Source: an uncultured Flavobacterium sp. (GTDB lineage: Bacteria; Bacteroidota; Bacteroidia; Flavobacteriales; Flavobacteriaceae). Taken from it: a stretch of DNA of 64,000 bases. The stretch is from NCBI GenBank assembly GCA_963511475.1, contig CAUPJC010000001.1, positions 184,436-248,435 of the forward strand, written 5' to 3'. The translations under genes and the position numbers were made by a program. Of this stretch, positions 48,798 through 56,368 are shown one piece after another. The stretch's first letter is position 1; the number at the start of each line of letters is the position of its first letter. The notes under the pieces were generated by a model. The model was not told the origin of the DNA and ran no database searches. It saw only the letters and a list, made by a program, of their open reading frames with translations.

Positions 48798-48809
48798 GTT
48801 GGAATTTAT

Positions 48810-48842
48810 AAAAAAAAACCTTCTTTATTTAAAGAAGGTTTT
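48810..48842 (-). terminator. Terminator-like hairpin in the mscS leader
   Basis: Perfect 12-bp stem AAAACCTTCTTT / AAAGAAGGTTTT with a U9 tail on the minus strand. Confidence 0.85.
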
Positions 48843-48853
48843 GAATTGAACGG

Positions 48854-48861
48854 CAAAAATA
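48854..48861 (-). promoter_or_regulatory. -7 element upstream of mscS
   Basis: TATTTTTG on the minus strand. Confidence 0.5.
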
Positions 48862-48920
48862 CTAATTTAATATTTTAAAAAAAAAGATAATTTTGAGCCT
48901 TCTTTTATGTAAAGAAGTGT

Positions 48921-49286
48921 TTATATTTCTGTAGTGCCAGAATCGTCTTTGTCAGATTTTTTATTTTCTGTTAGGCTGTCAATAACTTCGGAGCTTTTTG
49001 TTTTTGCTTCGTCTAATAGTGATTCTGCTTTTTCAATATAAGGAGAAGTTACTTCTTTTACTTTAGCTACTGCATCTTCTACAAAGGCTTCAGCTTTCTC
49101 AATGTGAGGAGTTGCCGTTTCTTTGATTTTATCAGCTGTTTCTTCTACAAAAGCTTCTGCTTTTTCCACATAAGGCTGAGCGTTTGTTTTGGTTTCTTCA
49201 ATAACAGTTTCGGCTTGGTCAATTAGTTCAGATGCTGTTTCTTTGGCCGAGCCAAATAGATTTTTAAAAAATGATGATACTCCCAT
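48921..49286 (-). CDS. Acidic amphipathic helical repeat protein (YtxH/apolipoprotein-like)
   Basis: Three 22-aa repeats, each starting with Pro (PYVEKAEAFVE, PHIEKAEAFVE, PYIEKAESLLD); 66-bp DNA period. Confidence 0.75.
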   Translation of the reverse strand: MGVSSFFKNLFGSAKETASELIDQAETVIEETKTNAQPYVEKAEAFVEETADKIKETATPHIEKAEAFVEDAVAKVKEVTSPYIEKAESLLDEAKTKSSEVIDSLTENKKSDKDDSGTTEI

Positions 49287-49311
49287 AGTTTTATAGATTT
49301 GGTTAAAAAAT

Positions 49312-49319
49312 CAAAATTA
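49312..49319 (-). promoter_or_regulatory. -7 element for the 22-mer repeat gene
   Basis: TAATTTTG on the minus strand, 25 nt before the ATG. Confidence 0.5.
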
Positions 49320-49431
49320 AGTTTTTTATTTAAATAATTGAAGAGGTGTTGTTTATTATTTTGTTTGAAGGGATAATATCAAGTTTTTTGTTAAAAGGAG
49401 TTGGTTTTTGCTAAACCAAAAAATAAAGCAT

Positions 49432-49463
49432 AAAAAAAGCGTCTCTATCTTGAAACGCTTTTT
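49432..49463 (-). terminator. Intrinsic terminator of nfu
   Basis: AAAAAGCGTCTC / GAAACGCTTTTT. The C/A mismatch becomes G-U on the minus strand. Confidence 0.8.
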
Positions 49464-49509
49464 AAAATTTGTTTTTTATTTAAAAAAAACTATTTCTATG
49501 GATTAATAA

Positions 49510-50403
49510 TTAAACTGCTTCTACCTTAATTCCTTCATCATTCAACATGCTTTTTAACATATTTTCGATACCGCTTTTTAAAGTGAAAGTTGATGATGGG
49601 CAACCATTACAAGCTCCCTGCATAATTACCTTTACAGTTTTTGTAGCATCATCATAAGAATCAAAAAGAATGTTTCCTCCATCTGCAGCAACGGCTGGTT
49701 TTACATATTCTTCTAAAATATTGATAATTTTTTGAGACGTTTCATCAAGGGAATCAAATGATTCATCTTTTGCTTTTTCGTCTTTAACAATGGTTTGAAT
49801 TAAGTTTTCGTCAAGAACAGTTCCGCCGTTTTCAATAAACTGTTTGATAAAGGTTCTTAATTCTAATGTAATATCCTGCCATTCATTAATGTCGTATTTT
49901 GTAACCGAAATATAATTTTCGTCAATAAATATTTCTTTTACATACGGAAATTTGAATAGTTCGGTTGCCAATGGTGATGCTGTGCTTTGATCGATATTTT
50001 TAAATTCTACAGCATTTTTGGTTATCATTTTATTGACAACGAATTTTAGCGCCGCAGGATTTGGAGTCGATTCTCCATAAACGGTGATTGCTTGTTTTTT
50101 TGGTTTGTTCTCATCAGCAATAATTATAAGTCCGCCCTTATTAACATAAGCTTCAATTTGTTCAGCAACGGCATCTTTTACATCATCCCATTCTACGATG
50201 CTGAATCTTTCGATAGCAATAAAATTTCCCGAAATGTAAACCGTTTTTACAAATGGTAAATAGAAAAGCTGCTGTGCCAGCGGAGAGGCTTTTGCTTCGT
50301 CTATATTTTTAAATTCAAAGCTTTCATTTTGAGTGATAAAGTCTTGAAATTCAAATTTTATTATAGTAGGGTTTTGTGTGTCTTTTATAGTAACTTTAGT
50401 CAT
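49510..50403 (-). CDS. NifU/Nfu family Fe-S biogenesis protein (two Nfu_N domains plus NifU_C)
   Basis: TQNPTIIKF and TPNPAALKF repeats; PAVAADGGNI, GACNGCPSS. Confidence 0.92.
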   Translation of the reverse strand: MTKVTIKDTQNPTIIKFEFQDFITQNESFEFKNIDEAKASPLAQQLFYLPFVKTVYISGNFIAIERFSIVEWDDVKDAVAEQIEAYVNKGGLIIIADENKPKKQAITVYGESTPNPAALKFVVNKMITKNAVEFKNIDQSTASPLATELFKFPYVKEIFIDENYISVTKYDINEWQDITLELRTFIKQFIENGGTVLDENLIQTIVKDEKAKDESFDSLDETSQKIINILEEYVKPAVAADGGNILFDSYDDATKTVKVIMQGACNGCPSSTFTLKSGIENMLKSMLNDEGIKVEAV

Positions 50404-50421
50404 GAGTTTTGTTATTTTTTG

Positions 50422-50461
50422 CAAATTTACTAAAGTTATTTTCCACGATTAACTATATTTG
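50422..50461. promoter_or_regulatory. Back-to-back -7 elements for nfu (minus) and porP/sprF (plus)
   Basis: TAAATTTG on minus at 50422-50429; TATATTTG on plus at 50454-50461. Confidence 0.5.
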
Positions 50462-50527
50462 ATTTTTTAATGAATAAATTAACAAAAGTTTTTTCCTGCA
50501 TAATTAATTTTATAAACCATATCATAA

Positions 50528-51523
50528 ATGTATACTAGAATAAGGTTAGTAATTGCTCTCTTTTTTATCAGTTTAAGTGCTTTTTCGCAGGAAGGAATAC
50601 CAGTATATTCAGATTATTTGTCAGATAATTATTATTTGATTTTCCCATCAATGGCAGGGGCTTCAAATTGCAGTAAATTAAGACTTACCGCAAGAAAACA
50701 ATGGTTTGACCAGGAAAATGCACCAGCCCTTCAAACCTTGAGCTATAATGGCAAAGTAGGAGAGAGATCGGGAGTAGGAGCCATACTTTTTAATGATGTA
50801 AACGGATATCATTCCCAATTTGGCTTCAAGGCTACTTATGCACATCATATTATGTTTTCAAGAGATGAAGTAGATTTGAATCAGTTGTCTTTTGGTGTTA
50901 ATGTTGGTGTTAATCAAAGTCAGTTAGACGAAACTGATTTTCAGAATTCTGGCGAATATGATCCGGCTTTGGGAAATATAGAACAGAATGCTTCTTATTT
51001 TAATTTAGATATTGGAGCATCATATAACCTTTTTGATTTTAGTTTGAATGCAGTTGTGAAAAATGTTTTAGAAACCCGTCAGACTCTTTATTCAGAATAT
51101 GAAAGCGATAATTTAAGAAAATTTATTATTAGCGGCGGTTATGTTTTTGGTAATCCTGATAAGGTTTTATGGGAGCCTTCTTTACTGTATCAATATGTAG
51201 ATAAAACCAAGGAGAGCTCATTGGATATGAATTTAAAAGTCTACAAAAGTTTAGAAATGGGGCAATTATGGGGAGGTTTGTCTTATAGAAATAGTTTTGA
51301 TGGTGCCGAATTCACAAATGGAGGAGGTACTAATAGCCAGAAACTGCAATATATTACTCCTATCGTTGGGTTTAATTATAAAAACTTTATGTTTGCTTAC
51401 ACTTATACTCATTTGTTAGGAGAAATACAGTACGGAAATTCAGGATTTCACCAGCTTACTTTAGGGTTTAACTTTTTATGCAGACCTAAAAAATACGAAT
51501 GTAACTGTCCTGCAGTTAATTAA
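50528..51523 (+). CDS. PorP/SprF family type IX secretion outer membrane protein
   Basis: Signal peptide, Y.DY...YYLI.P.MAG, R.QW...APA.QTLS, FAYTY, HQLTLGF. Confidence 0.85.
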   Translation: MYTRIRLVIALFFISLSAFSQEGIPVYSDYLSDNYYLIFPSMAGASNCSKLRLTARKQWFDQENAPALQTLSYNGKVGERSGVGAILFNDVNGYHSQFGFKATYAHHIMFSRDEVDLNQLSFGVNVGVNQSQLDETDFQNSGEYDPALGNIEQNASYFNLDIGASYNLFDFSLNAVVKNVLETRQTLYSEYESDNLRKFIISGGYVFGNPDKVLWEPSLLYQYVDKTKESSLDMNLKVYKSLEMGQLWGGLSYRNSFDGAEFTNGGGTNSQKLQYITPIVGFNYKNFMFAYTYTHLLGEIQYGNSGFHQLTLGFNFLCRPKKYECNCPAVN

Positions 51524-51537
51524 TTATAATTTTTGTA

Positions 51538-52050
51538 ATGATAATAAAATCTGTTAACGGAAAAATACCAATTATACCCGAAGATTGTTATGTGGCTGAG
51601 AATGCTACTGTAGTTGGTGATGTTACTTTTGGTGCTGAATGTAGTGTTTGGTTTAATGCTGTGATTCGTGGCGATGTAAATTTTATCAGGATGGGGAATA
51701 AGGTTAATATTCAGGATGGAGCAATTGTTCATTGCACTTATCAAAAACATCCTACTATTATAGGTAATAATGTTTCCGTTGGACATAATGCAATTGTTCA
51801 TGGCTGTACGATTCACGACAATGTATTGGTTGGCATGGGAGCAATAATAATGGATAATTGTGTCGTGGGAAGCAATTCAATTGTGGCTGCAGGAGCAGTA
51901 GTTACTCAAAACACTATAATTGAGCCAGGTTCTATTTATGCTGGAGTCCCTGCCAAAAAAGTTAAGGATATTGATCAATCCAATTTTGCCGGAGAGATTG
52001 AGCGTATATCAAATAATTACGTGATGTATTCGAGTTGGTTCAAAGAGTAA
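51538..52050 (+). CDS. Gamma carbonic anhydrase family protein
   Basis: Hexapeptide repeats, IRGD, NIQDG, Zn ligands in VHC and GHNAIVHG. Confidence 0.93.
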   Translation: MIIKSVNGKIPIIPEDCYVAENATVVGDVTFGAECSVWFNAVIRGDVNFIRMGNKVNIQDGAIVHCTYQKHPTIIGNNVSVGHNAIVHGCTIHDNVLVGMGAIIMDNCVVGSNSIVAAGAVVTQNTIIEPGSIYAGVPAKKVKDIDQSNFAGEIERISNNYVMYSSWFKE

Positions 52051-52071
52051 ATTAGCACTCTATTTTTACAA

Positions 52072-52785
52072 CTAAATATTTATTTTCTCAAAGAAAGAAG
52101 TTTTATAACTTTCACTAATTGGCAGTCTTTTATCAGTTATTAACACTTTGTTTTTTTGGATAGATTTTACATGTTTAATATTGATAATATAGGAACGGTG
52201 AATTCTTGCAAAACCTTTGGAAGATAACAAGTTTTCCAGTTTTATTAAACTTATCAGGGTTAATGTATACTTACTGTCTGTGGTGTATATTTTGACGTAG
52301 TCTTTTAATCCTTCGATAAATAAAATATCAGAAAAATTAATTTTTACATTTTCATATTCTGCACGTACAAACATAAAATCATGTTCAATTTCTGGAGCAT
52401 TTACTGTTTGATTTGGTGTCGGTATTCTTTTTGGAACAAAAATCTGCTGGGCACGCATTACCGCTTTTAAAAACCGGTTAAAAGGAATTGGCTTTACTAA
52501 ATAATCTACCGCGCCAAGGTTAAAACCTTCCACAGCATAATTAGAATAAGCAGTAGTAAATATAATTAATGGTTTTTTCTCGATAGCATTGATAAAATCA
52601 ATTCCGGAAAAATGTGGCATTTCGATATCTAAAAAGATTAAATCAATCTCAGACTGATTAATTATGGATATTGCATCAATAGCATTGGTAAAGGTAGTCA
52701 CCAGTTCGAGTGAATCTATTCTGCTAACAAATTCTACCAATAAATCTACTGCTAATGGCTCGTCGTCTATAATAACACATTTCAT
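52072..52785 (-). CDS. LytTR family response regulator
   Basis: Receiver IIDDEPLA / FLDIEMP / KP and LytTR FARIHRSYIIN. Confidence 0.96.
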   Translation of the reverse strand: MKCVIIDDEPLAVDLLVEFVSRIDSLELVTTFTNAIDAISIINQSEIDLIFLDIEMPHFSGIDFINAIEKKPLIIFTTAYSNYAVEGFNLGAVDYLVKPIPFNRFLKAVMRAQQIFVPKRIPTPNQTVNAPEIEHDFMFVRAEYENVKINFSDILFIEGLKDYVKIYTTDSKYTLTLISLIKLENLLSSKGFARIHRSYIINIKHVKSIQKNKVLITDKRLPISESYKTSFFEKINI

Positions 52786-52794
52786 ATTCCTTAA

Positions 52795-53910
52795 TTATGA
52801 TGTTGGTACAAATGTATTTCTTTGTGGCTGTATTTGATCTAACTGCAGAATCAAATGAGCGGTAAATTTCGAATCTGTTGATATCAGATTTAGCTGATGC
52901 CTGTTTGGATAAAGCAAAGCAAGTCTGTTTTTGATGTTTGCCAATCCAATTCCTGAATTTTCAGGGTCTTTTTTGTTGTTCTCGATTTTATTTTCAATCC
53001 AAAAAGAGAACCCATTTTCTTCAAGTGTTATTACAATTTTTACATAAGCAGTTCCTTTGTAATCGGTTCCATATTTGAATGCATTTTCTATAAACGAAAT
53101 TAGCAGCATGGGTTCTATATACCTGTCTTTGGTATTGCCATGGATGTTTATAGAGATATTTTCAATATTATTAAGTCTTAATTTTTGTAATTCAATATAG
53201 TTTTTAATGTAGTCAATTTCCTTTTCGAGCAAAACATATTTATTATCAGTTTCATAAAGCATGTACCGCATCATTTCGGACAAAGTAACGATGGCATCAG
53301 GCACGAGATCAGATTTTTTATGTGCTAAGGAGTAAATGCTGTTTAGCGAATTGAATAAAAAATGAGGATTTGTCTGTGTTCTCAAATAGTTTAATTCAGT
53401 TGCCGTTCTTTGGCTTTCAGCGATCAGTTTATTTTGCTGGTCATCATATAATTCTGATAGCGTTTTGATGATGGTACTGATGGCAATGATTAATACATAA
53501 AAGACTGATGGCACCATTTTAAAGAAAAACGACTGGTCTCTCTTGGGCATTCTGTGATTGATATTTTCATTGTATGGTATTCCAGGGAAATTTCCTCTAT
53601 TTTGGAATCTGATTTCTCTAAATTCCGGCATGAAAAATTCGTGCCTGATAAGCATGAAAATTATTATTAGAATCAGTAAGATGCTTATATAATAGGCATA
53701 TTTTTTTTGCAAAAGAAAATGAGTGATCAGATAAGTATAATTAAGATAAAAAAGAAATATTCCAGTTATCCATTGAATATAAAAGTCAGTACTGATGCGA
53801 AATGGACTTTCGTAAAACTGAATAAGGGAAATGCCAATAAAAAAACACCAAATGATAATATGAATCAGTATTTTATTGGAACCGTTATTTTTTATTGACG
53901 AGAAGTTCAT
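52795..53910 (-). CDS. LytS/YehU-type sensor histidine kinase
   Basis: Four TM segments, LRTQTNPHFLFNSLN, LLEKEI, FIENAFKYG, GIGLANIKNRL. Confidence 0.95.
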   Translation of the reverse strand: MNFSSIKNNGSNKILIHIIIWCFFIGISLIQFYESPFRISTDFYIQWITGIFLFYLNYTYLITHFLLQKKYAYYISILLILIIIFMLIRHEFFMPEFREIRFQNRGNFPGIPYNENINHRMPKRDQSFFFKMVPSVFYVLIIAISTIIKTLSELYDDQQNKLIAESQRTATELNYLRTQTNPHFLFNSLNSIYSLAHKKSDLVPDAIVTLSEMMRYMLYETDNKYVLLEKEIDYIKNYIELQKLRLNNIENISINIHGNTKDRYIEPMLLISFIENAFKYGTDYKGTAYVKIVITLEENGFSFWIENKIENNKKDPENSGIGLANIKNRLALLYPNRHQLNLISTDSKFTAHLILQLDQIQPQRNTFVPTS

Positions 53911-54276
53911 TTACATTTTTATTTTTAATAAAATTAAATCATTTTTGGTAATAGTCGGTGAATTATTAGAGTTCAATTTTTGGAGTACCAATTGTCCCAC
54001 AGCCATAGCTTCTTTTTCAGTTTTAAAACTTTTAAATTCGCTGATTACAGGTATAATAGTTTGTTTAATGATTGTTTTGTTATAGTTTTTAATTACATAT
54101 CCCCAGCCATTAGCTGTTTTAATGGATTGAATTTTTAAGTCTTGTTCTTTTCTGCAGAAAATAAACAGGACTAATCCAATTATAAATATAATCAGGCTTA
54201 AATTTAATATATATGACAAATTCCTCTGGGGTTTTTTCCAGAAGAATTTGTTGGAGGTATTAATTATCATCGTCAT
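53911..54276 (-). CDS. DUF4907-like small membrane-anchored protein
   Basis: One TM segment, then GWGY.I...IKQ..IP......F....A..VG.LV..KL. Start overlaps the Kelch gene end; stop abuts the kinase ATG. Confidence 0.75.
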   Translation of the reverse strand: MTMIINTSNKFFWKKPQRNLSYILNLSLIIFIIGLVLFIFCRKEQDLKIQSIKTANGWGYVIKNYNKTIIKQTIIPVISEFKSFKTEKEAMAVGQLVLQKLNSNNSPTITKNDLILLKIKM

Positions 54277-55258
54277 TTTGTTCCTCATTTGGTTTAAATT
54301 CCCATACGTCATCGAAGTAGGAAGTTCCTGATTTTCCTAAGGCGATAAAGCCTCTTTCGCCATTTATGGTAATCCCTATAGCATCAGATCTGCCTGATCC
54401 TTCTAAAGCTGTTTTAGAAGTCCAAATGTCTGTATTCGGATTGTACTCCCAAATGGTATTTCCGCTTGATCCGCAGGCAATATAACCCAAACCATTTATG
54501 GCAAAACTGGATGCATTGGCTCTTACAATGGAGTAGGTGTCATGATCGTCTTCGTCATCATCTAAATCTCTTTTTCTGGTCCAAACATCGGTATTTGGAT
54601 CAAATGCCCAAAAATCGACTTGATTGACACCGCTGTTTATCCCAGTCCCTAAATAGGCAATATCGTTAATCACAAATACAGTGGCATTTCTTCTTTTGTT
54701 ACCGCTAAAACCATTTACCTGTGTCCAGGTATTGTCTGTGTCATTATATTGGTAAAAATCTTTTAGATAATTACCATCGTATCCTGTTCCCAAAAAAGCT
54801 TTGCCTCCCACTTGAAAACCTACGGCACTGTAACGGGCTGTTCCTGCAAAATCTGCTTTTTGAGACCAAGTATTTGTGTTTGGACTGTATTGGTAAAAGT
54901 CTTTTAATTTATTGGTTCCGTCATAGCCGAGCCCAATATATCCTTTTCCGTTTAATTCAAAGCCACTTCCAGAACTTCTCGCAATCCCTGTGAAATCTGC
55001 TTTTTGTTCCCAATAGTCGCCCTCAGAATTGTAAGCCCATAAGTCTTTTAGGTACTCATCTCCTGTATAACCCGTTGTTACATAAGCAAAAGTGCCAATA
55101 ACAAAACTCGTCGCACTTGATCGGGCAGGACCATCAAATGCTGATTTTTTTATCCAGTTACCAAGTGTATCATCATCGTCATCATCATTATTGCATCCAA
55201 TGAAAATTAAGCTGATAAGTAATGTGGTAATAAATATACCTTTTTGTAAATGTTTCAT
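54260..55258 (-). CDS. Kelch-repeat (six-bladed propeller) surface lipoprotein
   Basis: Lipobox IFIGC followed by NNDDDDDD. Six repeats of about 48 aa of the form W..K..F.G..R......G. Confidence 0.88.
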   Translation of the reverse strand: MKHLQKGIFITTLLISLIFIGCNNDDDDDDTLGNWIKKSAFDGPARSSATSFVIGTFAYVTTGYTGDEYLKDLWAYNSEGDYWEQKADFTGIARSSGSGFELNGKGYIGLGYDGTNKLKDFYQYSPNTNTWSQKADFAGTARYSAVGFQVGGKAFLGTGYDGNYLKDFYQYNDTDNTWTQVNGFSGNKRRNATVFVINDIAYLGTGINSGVNQVDFWAFDPNTDVWTRKRDLDDDEDDHDTYSIVRANASSFAINGLGYIACGSSGNTIWEYNPNTDIWTSKTALEGSGRSDAIGITINGERGFIALGKSGTSYFDDVWEFKPNEEQNDDDN

Positions 55259-55274
55259 AATGTGCATGTGTTTA

Positions 55275-56138
55275 TTAAAGTTTGTATTTGATGGTAATGG
55301 AAAAGACGCTTCCATTTTTTAAGGGCTTATTTATTTCTGCTGTTTTATTTTCATCCGAAAATTTGAATTCTTTATTGGCCGAATACCCTCCTCTGAAATT
55401 AACAAACCAAGAGGTGTCAATGTTCCTTTCGTATTGTAATGTTGTTTCCATTTGCGAAAAGCCAACTTTCGTTATAATGCTTTTATCATCTGCGATAATG
55501 GAAGGATTCAGATTGTAAATGCTTCCGCTAAAGTCATTACTAAGTCTGAATTTATCACGGATAGAACTGGCATAAGAAAGTTCAGAATTTGGGAATCCTA
55601 ATTTTAAATATGTTTTTTTACTTAACTGATGATTGATTGCGAAAGTTGGAAGTATCTGCGGTTTTCCAAAAACGGTCATTCTTTTTATTCCTAAATCAAT
55701 ACTGCTGTTTTTGTTTAGGGTCTGATTAATTTCTATTCCTCCCAAAATTGTTACATCACCAATACTGATTGTATTTTGAAAATTAACAATCGGTTCGAAG
55801 GTTAAATTCAATTTTGTGTTTTTAGAAAACGGATGTGAAAACTCAAAAGCATTGTTAAAACTATTAAAATGTGTATTGTTGTAATTTGAGTTATAATCTG
55901 CTAACAGATAAGTTTCTATTTCATCAGTAATTGTTGTGCTTTTATATTTAAATGTATTTGTCAATTTATTGGCAGTACTGATGTCTTTAAAGAATTGCAT
56001 TCCAATTTCAGTTTGTTTTATAGAACCGTTATCTATTGGTTCTGTTTTAGTATTAAATTCAAAAGCGTATCCATTTTGTGCATAAACACTAAATAGCGGG
56101 ATTAGAATCAGTATCGCAGTAAAGTTGTGTATTCTCAT
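55275..56138 (-). CDS. Small outer membrane beta-barrel (DUF6268-like)
   Basis: Signal peptide AYA/VYA, alternating hydrophobic strands, LGFPNSELSY, terminal strand SVFSITIKYKL. Confidence 0.65.
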   Translation of the reverse strand: MRIHNFTAILILIPLFSVYAQNGYAFEFNTKTEPIDNGSIKQTEIGMQFFKDISTANKLTNTFKYKSTTITDEIETYLLADYNSNYNNTHFNSFNNAFEFSHPFSKNTKLNLTFEPIVNFQNTISIGDVTILGGIEINQTLNKNSSIDLGIKRMTVFGKPQILPTFAINHQLSKKTYLKLGFPNSELSYASSIRDKFRLSNDFSGSIYNLNPSIIADDKSIITKVGFSQMETTLQYERNIDTSWFVNFRGGYSANKEFKFSDENKTAEINKPLKNGSVFSITIKYKL

Positions 56139-56154
56139 TATTTAATTATTGGTT

Positions 56155-56353
56155 CAAAAGTAGCTGTGTTGTTAATTAATAAAAAAGAATATATATGCAT
56201 TGCCTGTTTTCATAGACAAACTGGCTATTACTCATGCTGAATCTCTTTTTGAAACTGAATAGCAGAATGTAGACTGTTTTTTTGCTTTTATAGACAGATT
56301 GATCCAAGTGGTATATGTTATTAGGACTGCTGGACTGCGGACTTATATATTTG
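56155..56353. promoter_or_regulatory. Divergent promoter region with mirrored 21-bp-spaced repeats
   Basis: -7 elements TACTTTTG (minus, 56155-56162) and TATATTTG (plus, 56346-56353). Repeats TAGACTG/TAGACAG (plus, 56270 and 56291) and TAGCCAG/CAGGCAA (minus, 56227 and 56206). Confidence 0.55.
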
Positions 56354-56368
56354 CCCAAAAAAATAGGT

